Shown piece after piece: positions 9,213 through 18,932 of a DNA stretch of 35,749 nt. Source of the DNA: Terricaulis sp. (GTDB lineage: Bacteria; Pseudomonadota; Alphaproteobacteria; Caulobacterales; Aquidulcibacteraceae); NCBI GenBank assembly GCA_035444925.1, contig DAOMPU010000001.1:1-35749 (forward strand), given 5' to 3'. Below the pieces are notes generated by a model. The model was not told where the DNA came from. It saw only the letters and a program-made list of their open reading frames with translations, and did not search any database. The number at the start of each line of letters is the position of its first letter. Within the stretch, counting starts at the first letter, position 1. The translations under genes and the position numbers were made by a program.

Positions 9213-10337
9213 ATGACCAAACCCGCCATCTATTGCGATTACAACGCCGGCGCGCCGGTGCGCGCGGAGGCGGCGGTTGCGCTTGCGCGCGCGCTGGCTT
9301 CGGGCGGCAATGCCTCTTCGGTGCATGGGTTTGGCCGCCGCGCGCGCGCGCTGATCGAAGATGCGCGCGAGAAGGTGGCGCGCACACTTGATGCGCGTGC
9401 AGAGAATGTTGTGTTCACCTCCGGCGCCACCGAAGCGCTGCACTTGGCCATGGCCGCCAGCGGCGCCGCGTCCGCGGTGATTTCCGCGGTTGAGCATGAC
9501 GCGGTGTTCGAACACGCCAAGCGCACGTTCGCCGCGCCGCTGATTGCGCCCGTGGATGCGAACGGCGTCATTGAACTTGCCGCCCTGGACGCCATGCTCG
9601 CCAAGGCGCCAAAGCCGGCCTTGCTTGCGCTGCAATTGGCCAACAACGAAACCGGCGTCATCCAGCCGATCGTGAAAGCGGCTGCTTTGGCGCGCGAACA
9701 CGGCGCATTGCTGCTGGTGGACGCCGCGCAGGGCTTTACACGCATTCCCGTTTCCATCGCCGATCTCGACGCTGCTTATCTTGTGGTGTCGAGCCACAAG
9801 ATCGGCGGCCCGCCTGGCGCGGGCGCGTTGGTGCTGGCGCCGGGCGCGCCGTTTGCGAGCACGCGGTTCGGCGGCGGGCAGGAGCGCGGGCGCCGGCCAG
9901 GCACTGAAAACGCCGCGGCGTTGGCCGGTTTCGGCGTCGCCGCGGAAATGGGTTTTGACGCGCTGGCCGATGAGACGCGCCGTCTCGCTGCGATGCGCGA
10001 TCGGTTTGAAGCCGGATTGCCCGCGGATGCCGTCATATTTGGCGCCGGCGCGCAGCGGCTGCCGAACACCTCGAACTTTGCGCTGCCGGGCGTTGCGGCG
10101 GAAACCGCCGTGATCGCCGTTGACCTTGAGGGTGTCGCGATTTCATCCGGCGCGGCGTGCTCGTCCGGCAAGGTGCGCGCGAGCCGCGTGCTTGCGGCCA
10201 TGGGCGCGCCGCCTGAGCTGGCGAAGGCGGCCTTGCGCGTCAGCTTCGGGCACGAGTCGCAAGAAAGCGACGCGGACGCTGCGTTGGCGGCTCTTAGCAA
10301 GATCGCGGCGCGCCGCACTCTGGCGGGGGCGGCGTGA
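9213..10337 (+). CDS. iscS: Cysteine desulfurase, group I (IscS/NifS-like)
   Basis: [17 protein letters not shown] lysine [22 protein letters not shown], catalytic SSGAACSSG. Confidence 0.9.
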   Translation: MTKPAIYCDYNAGAPVRAEAAVALARALASGGNASSVHGFGRRARALIEDAREKVARTLDARAENVVFTSGATEALHLAMAASGAASAVISAVEHDAVFEHAKRTFAAPLIAPVDANGVIELAALDAMLAKAPKPALLALQLANNETGVIQPIVKAAALAREHGALLLVDAAQGFTRIPVSIADLDAAYLVVSSHKIGGPPGAGALVLAPGAPFASTRFGGGQERGRRPGTENAAALAGFGVAAEMGFDALADETRRLAAMRDRFEAGLPADAVIFGAGAQRLPNTSNFALPGVAAETAVIAVDLEGVAISSGAACSSGKVRASRVLAAMGAPPELAKAALRVSFGHESQESDADAALAALSKIAARRTLAGAA

Positions 10338-11824
10338 TGGCGGCGGTGAAGGAAAGCATCGACAAAGAAACGGTCGCCGCGGCGCGCGCGCTGGAAGGTG
10401 AAAAATATAAGCACGGCTTCGTCACCGCGCTTGAGCAAGAGCTCGCCCCGCCTGGGCTGAATGAAGAGATCGTGCGCTTCATCTCGTCCAAGAAGGAAGA
10501 GCCTGAATGGATGCTTGCCTGGCGGCTTGAAGCGTTCAAGCGCTGGCTGACCTTGGAAGAACCAACCTGGGCGCTGGTGAAGTATCCGCCGATCGATTAT
10601 CAGGCCGCGCGCTATTACGCGGCGCCCAAAAGCGCGGCGAAATATAAGAGCCTCGACGAAGTCGATCCGGAAATTCTGGAGACGTACAAAAAGCTCGGCA
10701 TCCCGCTGCGCGAAGCCGAAGTGCTGCTGGGCGTTGAAGGCTCGGCCAAAGTGGCGGTGGACGCGGTGTTCGATAGCGTCTCGGTGGTCACCACGTTCAA
10801 GGAAGAATTGGCCAAAGCCGGCGTGATCTTCTGCTCGATGAGCGAAGCCGTGCGCGAGCACCCGGAGCTGGTGAAAAAATATCTCGGCTCCGTGGTGCCG
10901 GCGTCGGACAATTTCTTCGCGACGCTGAACAGCGCGGTGTTTTCCGACGGGTCGTTCGTTTACGTGCCGCCGGGCGTGCGCTGCCCGATGGAGCTTTCCA
11001 CCTATTTCCGCATGAACGCGGAAGGCACAGGGCAGTTTGAGCGTACGCTGATCATCGCCGATAAGGGCGCTTACGTTTCCTACCTCGAAGGCTGCACCGC
11101 GCCGATGCGCGATGAAAACCAGCTGCACGCCGCCGTGGTGGAATTGGTGGCGCTCGATGATGCCGAGATCAAATATTCCACCGTTCAAAATTGGTGGCCC
11201 GGCGACAGCGAAGGCAAAGGCGGGGTCTATAATTTTGTGACCAAGCGCGGTGATTGCCGCGGCGCGCGCGCCAAGATCAGCTGGACACAGGTGGAGACGG
11301 GCTCGGCGATCACTTGGAAGTATCCGAGCTGCATCCTGCGCGGCGATGAGAGCGTGGGCGAGTTCTACTCGATCGCCGTCACCAACGGGCGCCAGCAAGC
11401 CGATACGGGCACCAAAATGGTGCATCTCGGCAAGAACACGCGCTCACGCGTGATCTCTAAGGGGATTTCCGCCGGGCGCTCGTCAAACGCCTATCGCGGG
11501 CTCGTGTCCGCGCATGCGAAAGCTGTGGGCGCGCGCAATTTCACGCAGTGCGATTCCTTGCTGATCGGCGATCAGTGCGCGGCGCACACGATACCCTATG
11601 TGGAAACGCGGTGCGCCAGCGCCCAATTTGAACACGAAGCGACGACAACGAAATTGTCGGACGATCAGCTCTTCTATCTGCGCGCGCGCGGCATTCTCGA
11701 GGAAGCGGCCGTGGCTCTGCTGGTGAATGGCTTCGTGCGCGAAGTGCTGCAGAAGCTGCCGATGGAATTTGCGGTGGAAGCGCAAAAGCTGCTGGAAGTG
11801 AGCCTTGAGGGGAGCGTGGGATGA
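10337..11824 (+). CDS. sufB: Fe-S cluster assembly scaffold SufB
   Basis: [64 protein letters not shown] end. Start may be GTG 10334 or ATG 10337. Confidence 0.98.
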   Translation: MAAVKESIDKETVAAARALEGEKYKHGFVTALEQELAPPGLNEEIVRFISSKKEEPEWMLAWRLEAFKRWLTLEEPTWALVKYPPIDYQAARYYAAPKSAAKYKSLDEVDPEILETYKKLGIPLREAEVLLGVEGSAKVAVDAVFDSVSVVTTFKEELAKAGVIFCSMSEAVREHPELVKKYLGSVVPASDNFFATLNSAVFSDGSFVYVPPGVRCPMELSTYFRMNAEGTGQFERTLIIADKGAYVSYLEGCTAPMRDENQLHAAVVELVALDDAEIKYSTVQNWWPGDSEGKGGVYNFVTKRGDCRGARAKISWTQVETGSAITWKYPSCILRGDESVGEFYSIAVTNGRQQADTGTKMVHLGKNTRSRVISKGISAGRSSNAYRGLVSAHAKAVGARNFTQCDSLLIGDQCAAHTIPYVETRCASAQFEHEATTTKLSDDQLFYLRARGILEEAAVALLVNGFVREVLQKLPMEFAVEAQKLLEVSLEGSVG

Positions 11825-12324
11825 TGCGGGCGTTCATCGTGGCCGGGCTTGCTGCTGTGCTCGCGGCCTGCGGCCAACCTCAACAGCAAGAGGGCGGAGA
11901 CATTATCTCAGACGGCGCGCCTGCGCTTGAGGAAGCGCACGAGGATGCCGGCCCCGATCTCGCCGGTTTGGAGCCGGTGAACCCCGCGCTGCTGGCGGCG
12001 CCGAATTCAGCCTTCATGGCGATCGAACCGAGCGAAGTGGAGGTGTTTCCCGATTCCACCGTCGCGTTGGCGCTGCGCCAGCTGATCCCGAACGAAGCGT
12101 TCGAGGAGGATGCGGCCGTCAGCGTCACCGTGCGCGAAGACGGGGAGACGGTGTGGGCGGACGTGGTGCGTGAAAACATTCCCGATGACGCCGTGGGCGC
12201 GGGCCATATTCGCATCGAGTTTCGGCGTGAGCCCGAGGGCTGGTTTCCCACCAACGCCTATCGGCGTTGGATGTGCCGGCGCGGCGACGTGGCGAACCAA
12301 TGGAGTTCTGCGCCGTGTCCGTGA
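11821..12324 (+). CDS. Hypothetical lipoprotein
   Basis: Signal peptide with lipobox LAAC, acidic linker, C-terminal WMCRRG...WSSAPCP; ATGA overlap with the sufB stop. Confidence 0.82.
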   Translation: MMRAFIVAGLAAVLAACGQPQQQEGGDIISDGAPALEEAHEDAGPDLAGLEPVNPALLAAPNSAFMAIEPSEVEVFPDSTVALALRQLIPNEAFEEDAAVSVTVREDGETVWADVVRENIPDDAVGAGHIRIEFRREPEGWFPTNAYRRWMCRRGDVANQWSSAPCP

Positions 12325-12620
12325 AGCCCAAAGCCGAATTCTGGTTCGCACGGCGCTATCCGCTTGGCAGCCCGCGCCAGGCTTATGCGCCGGTCCATTG
12401 GAAGGGCTGGATGGCGACTTTGGTGTTCCTCGCCGCGTTGCTGGGCGGTGGCGCCTATTTCGCGTGGGACGCGCTGGTGGAGCAGAATTTCGTGCAAGGG
12501 ATGGCGGTGTTTATCGTGGCCGCGATCGTGGGGACCACGTGGTATCTCTTGGTCGTGCGCGCCAATAGCGACACGCTGCACACCGTCGCCGATTACAAGA
12601 AGGGCAAGCCGCGTGTTTGA
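12321..12620 (+). CDS. Hypothetical two-TM membrane protein, about 99 aa
   Basis: GTGA overlap with the upstream stop; FWFARR...YAPVHWKGW then two hydrophobic helices; 3' end overlaps the sufC start. Confidence 0.78.
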   Translation: MKPKAEFWFARRYPLGSPRQAYAPVHWKGWMATLVFLAALLGGGAYFAWDALVEQNFVQGMAVFIVAAIVGTTWYLLVVRANSDTLHTVADYKKGKPRV

Positions 12621-13359
12621 AGTGAAAGACCTGCGCGTCAATGTTGGCGGCGCGGAAATCATCAAGGGGTTGAGCCTTGCGGTGCCCGCTGGCGAGACGC
12701 ATGCGATCATGGGCCCCAACGGTTCGGGCAAATCCACGCTGGCCTACGCGCTCTCTGGCCGGGACGGCTACGAGGTGATTCAAGGCGCGGCCACCTTGGG
12801 CGGCGAAGATTTGTTGGCCCTGGAGCCGGAAGCGCGCGCCGCCAAGGGCCTGTTTTTGTCCTTCCAGTATCCGGTGGAAATTCCGGGGCTTTCGGTGATT
12901 GCGTTTTTGAAGGCCGCGCTCAACGCACAGCGCCAGGCGCGCGGGCTTGAGCCGATGCCGGCGCCTGAATTGCTCAAGCTGATGCGCGCGAAGGCGGCGT
13001 CGCTGAAGATCGATCCGGAAATGCTGAAGCGCTCGCTCAATGTCGGTTTTTCCGGCGGTGAGAAGAAGCGGTTTGAAGCGCTGCAAATGGCGGTGCTCGA
13101 GCCGCGCTTCGCGATTTTGGATGAAACCGATTCCGGACTCGACATCGATGCGCTGAAGATCGTGGCCGAAAACGTGAATGCGCTGCGCGCGCCCGATCGC
13201 GCTATGCTGGTAATCACGCACTATCAGCGGCTGTTGGATTACATCCGGCCTGATAAAGTGCACGTGCTCGCCAAGGGGCGAATTGTCGCCAGCGGCGGGC
13301 CGGACCTGGCGCTCGAACTTGAGCGCGAGGGCTATGACAAATATTTGAGGGCGGCGTGA
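12613..13359 (+). CDS. sufC: Fe-S assembly ABC ATPase SufC
   Basis: GPNGSGKST, FQYPVEIPG, FSGGEKKR, LDETDSGLDIDA, ITHYQRLL. Start moved to GTG 12613. Confidence 0.97.
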   Translation: MFEVKDLRVNVGGAEIIKGLSLAVPAGETHAIMGPNGSGKSTLAYALSGRDGYEVIQGAATLGGEDLLALEPEARAAKGLFLSFQYPVEIPGLSVIAFLKAALNAQRQARGLEPMPAPELLKLMRAKAASLKIDPEMLKRSLNVGFSGGEKKRFEALQMAVLEPRFAILDETDSGLDIDALKIVAENVNALRAPDRAMLVITHYQRLLDYIRPDKVHVLAKGRIVASGGPDLALELEREGYDKYLRAA

Positions 13360-14225
13360 ACGCGGCGCAGCTCCCCACGCGCCGAGATGAGGCCTGGAAA
13401 TATTCCGATCTGCGCGCGGCCGTAGGCGCAGATGCCGTGGCGTTGCGCGAAGCGCCCGATGTGATCGAGCGGCTCGCGCCGCGGACTGACGTGCTCAGCG
13501 TGGCGCGCGGCGAAGCCCGCGTTGTGGTTGAGCGGCTAAATTCCGAGACTGGCGTTGAAGCGGTCGCGCAGGATTGGCGCGTGGCCGAGGGCGCGGCTCT
13601 TGTGCGCGTGGTTCTGCAAACCGGCGCCGCGATCGGGTTATCGCTGGCGCGCGTCGAGCTCGCGGCGGGCGCCCGTTTGCAGCAATTCGTGCTGGCCGAA
13701 GGGGGAAAGCTCGCGCGCGTGGAAACCCACATCGTCGCGGGCGAGGGGGCGGAGGTCGAACTGAATGGCGTTTACATGTGCGCCGCTGGCCGCCACGCGG
13801 ACCTCACGTCCATCATCACCCACGCGGACCCGAACGGCGCCACGCGCCAATTGATAAAGGGCGTCGTGCGCAAGGGCGGGCGCGGGGTGTTTCAGGGCAA
13901 GATCGTCGTCGCGCCGCACGCGCAGAAAACCGATGCGCGCCAGTACCACCACGGCATGCTGCTGGAAGACGGCGCCGAGATTTTCGCCAAGCCCGAATTG
14001 ATGATCCACGCCGATGACGTGCAGTGCGCGCACGGAAACACCGCCGGCGGGCTGGATGAAAGCGCGCTGTTTTATATGCGCGCGCGCGGCGTGCCGGAGG
14101 CGGCGGCGCGGGCGCTGCTGATAGAGGCGTTCCTGTTGGAAGCCGTCCCGTCCGATTTGCCGGCCGAGGCGCGCGAGGAGATTGAAGGCCGCATTCGTGC
14201 ATGGCTCGCGGAGGCGCGCGCATGA
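13356..14225 (+). CDS. sufD: Fe-S assembly protein SufD (short form)
   Basis: LPTRRDEAWKYSDL, GVFQGKIVV...AQKTDA, KPELMIHADDVQCAHG, LFYMRARG. Confidence 0.95.
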   Translation: MNAAQLPTRRDEAWKYSDLRAAVGADAVALREAPDVIERLAPRTDVLSVARGEARVVVERLNSETGVEAVAQDWRVAEGAALVRVVLQTGAAIGLSLARVELAAGARLQQFVLAEGGKLARVETHIVAGEGAEVELNGVYMCAAGRHADLTSIITHADPNGATRQLIKGVVRKGGRGVFQGKIVVAPHAQKTDARQYHHGMLLEDGAEIFAKPELMIHADDVQCAHGNTAGGLDESALFYMRARGVPEAAARALLIEAFLLEAVPSDLPAEAREEIEGRIRAWLAEARA

Positions 14226-15454
14226 ACGCCCCCTTGATCAAACGCCCCTTCGATGTCGAAGCGGTGCGCGCGGCGTTTCCGATTTTGTCGCGCGAGGTGA
14301 ATGGCCGCCCGCTGGTCTATCTCGACAGCGCCGCCAGCGCGCAGAAGCCCGAAGCAGTGGTCGCGGCGATGGCGGGCGCCATGCGCGGATCGTTCGCCAA
14401 CGTGCATCGCGGGCTGCACACGCTGGCCAACGAAACCACAGAGGCGTTCGAGGCCGCGCGCGCCGCCGTCGCCCATTTCCTGAATGCGCCTAGTCCCGAG
14501 CAGATCGTGTTCACCAAGGGCGGCACCCAGGCGATCAATATCGTCGCCAACGGCATCAGGGTCTCGCCCGGCGACGAGATCGTGCTTTCGGTAATGGAGC
14601 ATCATTCCAACATCGTGCCTTGGCATTTCCTGCGTGAGCGCAAGGGCGCGGTGCTCCGCTGGCTCGACATTGACGAGGACGGCGGAATTGATCTCGGCGC
14701 CTTGGATGCGCTGATCGGCCCGCGTACGAAAATGGTGGCGATTACGCACATGTCGAATGTGCTGGGCGCTTCGACGCCGGCGGCGGAAATCGCGCGCATC
14801 GCCCACGCCAAAGGCGTGCCGGTGCTGCTCGATGGTTGCCAGGCGGCCGTGCATGGGCGCGTGGATGTCGCTGCGCTTGATGTCGATTTCTACGCCTTCA
14901 CCGGCCACAAGCTCTATGGGCCGACTGGTATCGGCGCGCTCTACGGCAAGGCCGAGCGCCTCGCGGCGCTCGCCCCGTTTGAGGGCGGCGGCGAGATGAT
15001 CGACATCGTCGAGCTGGAACGCGTTACCTACAACGCGCCGCCGCACCGGTTTGAGGCCGGCACGCCGCCGATCCTCGAAGCGATCGGGCTGAAAGCCGCG
15101 ATCGATTGGTACGCGAGCCAGGATCGCGCCGCGCTTGAAGCGCATGAAGCGGCGCTGCGCGATCGCGCCATGGCGGCGCTGGGCGAGCTGAATTGGGTGA
15201 CGTTGTATGGCCGCGCGCCCGGCAAGGGCGCGATCGTGGCGTTCAACATCGAAGGCGCCCATCCCCATGATGTCGCGCAAATTCTGGATCGCCAGGGCGT
15301 CGCGGTGCGCGCCGGGCATCATTGCGCCCAACCCCTAATGCAGCGCCTTGGCGTTTCCGCAACGGCGCGCGCGAGTTTTGCCTGCTATAATCGCCTCGAT
15401 GAGATCGATGCGTTGATCGACGCGCTGCACAAAGCGCGCAAGCTGCTGAGTTAA
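14222..15454 (+). CDS. sufS: Cysteine desulfurase, group II
   Basis: YLDSAASAQKP, NVHRG, MEHHSNIVPW, FTGHKLYGPTG, RAGHHCAQP. Confidence 0.97.
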   Translation: MNAPLIKRPFDVEAVRAAFPILSREVNGRPLVYLDSAASAQKPEAVVAAMAGAMRGSFANVHRGLHTLANETTEAFEAARAAVAHFLNAPSPEQIVFTKGGTQAINIVANGIRVSPGDEIVLSVMEHHSNIVPWHFLRERKGAVLRWLDIDEDGGIDLGALDALIGPRTKMVAITHMSNVLGASTPAAEIARIAHAKGVPVLLDGCQAAVHGRVDVAALDVDFYAFTGHKLYGPTGIGALYGKAERLAALAPFEGGGEMIDIVELERVTYNAPPHRFEAGTPPILEAIGLKAAIDWYASQDRAALEAHEAALRDRAMAALGELNWVTLYGRAPGKGAIVAFNIEGAHPHDVAQILDRQGVAVRAGHHCAQPLMQRLGVSATARASFACYNRLDEIDALIDALHKARKLLS

Positions 15455-15460
15455 AAAGCG

Positions 15461-15814
15461 ATGGACGGCGTCACTTCCCCTCCCGCATCGGCGCTGCCGA
15501 AGGCCGAACTGGATCGGATCACCGATGATCTGGTGGCCAGCTTCAAGACCGTGTTCGACCCGGAGATTCCGGTCGATATCTATGAGCTTGGCCTCATTTA
15601 TAAGGTCGATATCAGCGACGAGCGTCACGTCGATGTCGAGATGACGTTGACGGCGCCCGGCTGCCCGGTGGCCGGGGAGATGCCTGGCTGGGTGGAGGCC
15701 GCCGCAGCCAAGGTAGAGGGCGTGGAGAGCGTTAAAGTGAATCTGGTGTTCGATCCGCCATGGACGCCCGCGCGCATGAGCGACGAAGCCAAACTCGAAC
15801 TCAATATGCTTTGA
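15461..15814 (+). CDS. sufT: SUF-system DUF59 protein SufT
   Basis: DPEIPVDIYELGLIY, MTLTAPGCPVA, FDPPW. Confidence 0.92.
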   Translation: MDGVTSPPASALPKAELDRITDDLVASFKTVFDPEIPVDIYELGLIYKVDISDERHVDVEMTLTAPGCPVAGEMPGWVEAAAAKVEGVESVKVNLVFDPPWTPARMSDEAKLELNML

Positions 15815-15829
15815 GCCTATATAGACCCC

Positions 15830-16195
15830 ATGAGCACGCGCCGCCCCCGCCCGAAGATCGTCACCCTGACGGACGCCGCCGCCGAGCGCGTGCGCGCGAT
15901 CGCCGCTGCGGGCGATAAGCCCTACCTTAAGGTGGGCGTCGTGAATGGCGGCTGCGCCGGCATGGAATACACGCTGAATTACGCCGCCGAGCCTGCGCCG
16001 TTTGACGAATTGGTCGAAGACAAGGGCGTGCAGATTCTGGTCGCTGCGGACGCGGTGCTGTTCCTGCTGGGATCGGAGATCGATTACGAGACGGGGCGGC
16101 TCTCCTCGAAATTCGTCTTCCGCAATCCGAACCAGACCGACGCCTGCGGCTGCGGGGAAAGCGTCACCATCGTGCCGGCCAAGGCCGAGAGCTAA
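15830..16195 (+). CDS. sufA: A-type Fe-S carrier (SufA/IscA/HesB family)
   Basis: GGCAGMEY and NPNQTDACGCGES. Confidence 0.93.
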   Translation: MSTRRPRPKIVTLTDAAAERVRAIAAAGDKPYLKVGVVNGGCAGMEYTLNYAAEPAPFDELVEDKGVQILVAADAVLFLLGSEIDYETGRLSSKFVFRNPNQTDACGCGESVTIVPAKAES

Positions 16196-16564
16196 ATGGC
16201 CGGCGATAGCTTCCACGATTTCGTGCGGGAGCTGTTCGCGGGGCTTGGCCCCATTCAAGTAAAACGCATGTTTGGCGGCGCCGGCGTTTACGCGCAGGGG
16301 CGCATGTTCGCGCTGCTGGCGGACGACGCGATCTATCTCAAAGCGGATGATGCGCTGAAGCGTTCGCTCGCGGAGGAGGGGTGCGGACCGTTCGTTTGGA
16401 CGCCCGCCAGCGGCCCGCGCGCGGGCGAACACATCGACATGGGCTATTGGCGCTTGCCCGACGCGGCCTTGGACGATCCGGATCTGGCTGCCGATTGGGG
16501 CCGCAAGGCGCTAGCCGTCGCGCTTTCAAAGCCCGCGGCCAAGCGCAAGGTGAAGAAGCGTTAG
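16196..16564 (+). CDS. TfoX/Sxy N-terminal-domain protein
   Basis: KRMFGGAGVY...MFALL..D.IYLK...MGYWRLP signature; starts immediately after the sufA stop. Confidence 0.88.
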   Translation: MAGDSFHDFVRELFAGLGPIQVKRMFGGAGVYAQGRMFALLADDAIYLKADDALKRSLAEEGCGPFVWTPASGPRAGEHIDMGYWRLPDAALDDPDLAADWGRKALAVALSKPAAKRKVKKR

Positions 16565-16833
16565 AAGTCCGGCGTGCCGTCTTTATCGAGGTCGCGGGCG
16601 CGCTGCGCCCAATCGGCGTCGGGGGCTTGCTCGGGCACGCCCCACCAGCGCGCAAGCGGGGTGTTGCGCCATTCCTCGAAGCCGCCAATGCCCACCAGGA
16701 TCACGCTTCCCGGCACAAGCGTGCAAAACGCCAGCAGAAGCGCGATGAAGCCTTGCGAGGATTTGATCTCCTCCCAGCTCCCGCCCTCCAGCCAGATGCG
16801 GATCGGCTCCAGCAGCCAAGCAAGCTCTTGCAT
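16561..16833 (-). CDS. Hypothetical small membrane protein, 90 aa
   Basis: ATG 24 nt downstream of the hydratase stop on the same strand; one hydrophobic segment; fills the gap to the convergent tfoX-like gene. Confidence 0.65.
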   Translation of the reverse strand: MQELAWLLEPIRIWLEGGSWEEIKSSQGFIALLLAFCTLVPGSVILVGIGGFEEWRNTPLARWWGVPEQAPDADWAQRARDLDKDGTPDF

Positions 16834-16857
16834 GGCGGCAGGTTAGCCGAACAGCCT

Positions 16858-17643
16858 TTACGCTCCCTTGAAGGCGGCGGGGCGTTTTTGCGCGAAAGCC
16901 TTAACGCCTTCGACGAAATCCTCGGTGCGGCCGGCGGCGCGCTGCGCCTCGCGCTCGGCGCGCAGCTGCTCGTCCCACTCGGCGTCGAGCGAGGCCCAGG
17001 CCAGTTGGCGGATCATGCCAAGCGCTTTGGTCGGGCCATTGGCGAGTTCGTCAGCGATTTTGAACGCCGTGCTCATGAGCTCGCCATCGGGCACGCAACG
17101 ATTAATCAGTCCCCATTCAAGCGCCTTCGCAGCGGGCAATTTATCGCCCAGCAGCATCATCTCCATGGCGCGCGCGCGGCCGACCATGCGCGGCAGGTGA
17201 TAGGTGGCGCTGCCATCGGGCACGAGGCCGATGCGGCGGAAGGCTTGCAGGAAATAGGCGCTTTCAGCGGCGACAATGATGTCGCCCAACAGCGCAAAGG
17301 AGCAGCCAATTCCTGCGGCCGGGCCGTTCACCGCCGTCACCAGCGGAATCGGCAAATCGCGCAGCATGGTGACGAAGCCGTTGTACTGTTTCTCGAGGCG
17401 CTGGCCGACATCGATCTTGCCCTCGTCGTCCATCGGCGGCGGGCCGCCCATGGCGAGATTGGCGCCCGACGAAAATCCGCGTCCTTCGCCAGTGAGCAGC
17501 ACGCAGCGCGCCTCCGCCGCCGCGCGCGCAAAATGCGCCTCAAGCTCATCGGTCATCTCGGGCGAGATCGCATTCAGCGTGGCCGGATCGGCCATGGTGA
17601 TCACAGCGACCGCGCCTTCTCTTTCGTAGCGGGATTTTGGCAT
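16858..17643 (-). CDS. Enoyl-CoA hydratase/isomerase (crotonase) family protein
   Basis: LTGEGRGFSSGANL, AVNGPAAGIG, F..IGLVPDG, ALEWGLIN, DFVEGVKAF.QKR. The motifs resemble the PaaG-like branch, but the substrate cannot be assigned. Confidence 0.93.
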   Translation of the reverse strand: MPKSRYEREGAVAVITMADPATLNAISPEMTDELEAHFARAAAEARCVLLTGEGRGFSSGANLAMGGPPPMDDEGKIDVGQRLEKQYNGFVTMLRDLPIPLVTAVNGPAAGIGCSFALLGDIIVAAESAYFLQAFRRIGLVPDGSATYHLPRMVGRARAMEMMLLGDKLPAAKALEWGLINRCVPDGELMSTAFKIADELANGPTKALGMIRQLAWASLDAEWDEQLRAEREAQRAAGRTEDFVEGVKAFAQKRPAAFKGA

Positions 17644-17720
17644 CGGCGTACTCCGCAAGGGTGCAGAGCGTCAGCCTAACTCAGGAGAGGGCCTGCGCGA
17701 TACGGCGCCGGCGCGGCGCC

Positions 17721-18773
17721 CTACGCAACGTAAAGGATCGGCGTCGCGTCGGTGGTCACCTGATTGCGGCCATTGCGCTTGGAGGCGTAAAGGCACGCGT
17801 CTGCGCGCTCAATGAGCCCTTGGGGCGTATCGCCAGATTGCAGGCGCGCCACGCCAACCGAAACCGTGACCTGCCCCAGATCTTCGTTGGTGGAGCGGCG
17901 GCGCAGCCGTTTGGCCTGGATGGCGCCGCGCAGCGCGTCGGCGGTGTGGGCGGCGGCGCGCATGCCGGCGCGCGGCATGATCATGGCGAATTCTTCCCCG
18001 CCATAGCGGGCCACCAGATAGTCAGGCCGCGCATGCGCTTGTAGCGCGCTGGCCAGGAAGCGCAGGATTTGATCGCCGGTATGGTGGCCCCAGGTGTCGT
18101 TGAAGCGCTTGAAATGGTCGATATCGACCAGCAGCAGGCAGAGCTCCAGATTTTGCGCGTGCGCCTCGCTGATGCGCATGCGCAGCGTTTCATCGAACAT
18201 GCGCCGGTTCGCGAGCCCGGTGAGGCTGTCGGTGAGCGATTCAACGCGCACCGTCTCAAGGCTCTTGCGCAGCGTTTCCGTTTCACGAGAGGAGCGCTGC
18301 AATTGCTCGGTGAGCAATTGGTTGTGGTTGGCCATATCCAGCGTCGCGGCCGCGAGGCTTGAGACAATCTGGCGGATTTGATCCGGCGCGAGCCCGCGGT
18401 TGAGATCGGTGGCCGCGCTTTCCAGCGTGCGCCCGTAATCGCCGCTCTTTTCTTCCGCCGCCTTCAAAAACGAGACGACTTGCCCCAGATCGCGGGCGAT
18501 CCGTTCGCCCGCCATCACGATCTGGGCTGACGCGCCAAGGCCGGTGAAAAAACGCTCGTAGATTTCGTTGTTGAATTCTTCGGTGAAGGCTTCGCCGCGG
18601 GCGATGCGGGCGTCCACCGCTTCACGTAACGGCATGTTGCCGAGCCTGTAGCCCAGCCAGACTTGGTAGTTTGGCCCGGTCGCCGCCACACCGTGCAGAC
18701 GCATGAGGTCAAGCGCTTCTTGAGCGATCGCCGGCCCGTCAGGGCTCTGCATGATTGCCGTTCTATCGCTCAC
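17721..18773 (-). CDS. Cytoplasmic diguanylate cyclase (coiled-coil + GGDEF), DgcB-like
   Basis: DSLTGLANRR, DIDHFKRFNDTWGH..GD, ARYGGEEF, ADACLYASK..GRN; no TM helix. Confidence 0.93.
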   Translation of the reverse strand: MSDRTAIMQSPDGPAIAQEALDLMRLHGVAATGPNYQVWLGYRLGNMPLREAVDARIARGEAFTEEFNNEIYERFFTGLGASAQIVMAGERIARDLGQVVSFLKAAEEKSGDYGRTLESAATDLNRGLAPDQIRQIVSSLAAATLDMANHNQLLTEQLQRSSRETETLRKSLETVRVESLTDSLTGLANRRMFDETLRMRISEAHAQNLELCLLLVDIDHFKRFNDTWGHHTGDQILRFLASALQAHARPDYLVARYGGEEFAMIMPRAGMRAAAHTADALRGAIQAKRLRRRSTNEDLGQVTVSVGVARLQSGDTPQGLIERADACLYASKRNGRNQVTTDATPILYVA

Positions 18774-18932
18774 GTTTGTTCGAACCCGGATTCGCCAGCA
18801 CCACGGCCGACGCTAGCGGCCAGAAGATGCATGAGTGGTAAACGGCTTGGTCAGACCTTCTTAAAATTCGTAATTGCGATTACCGGAAAACATGATGATA
18901 CCTTTGCCGAAACAAGTTTGATCTTGGGGAGA

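Noticed and set aside
16381-17679. 432-aa plus-strand ORF
   Set aside because: Antisense to the crotonase and the small membrane ORF; Arg/Ala-rich, no motifs.
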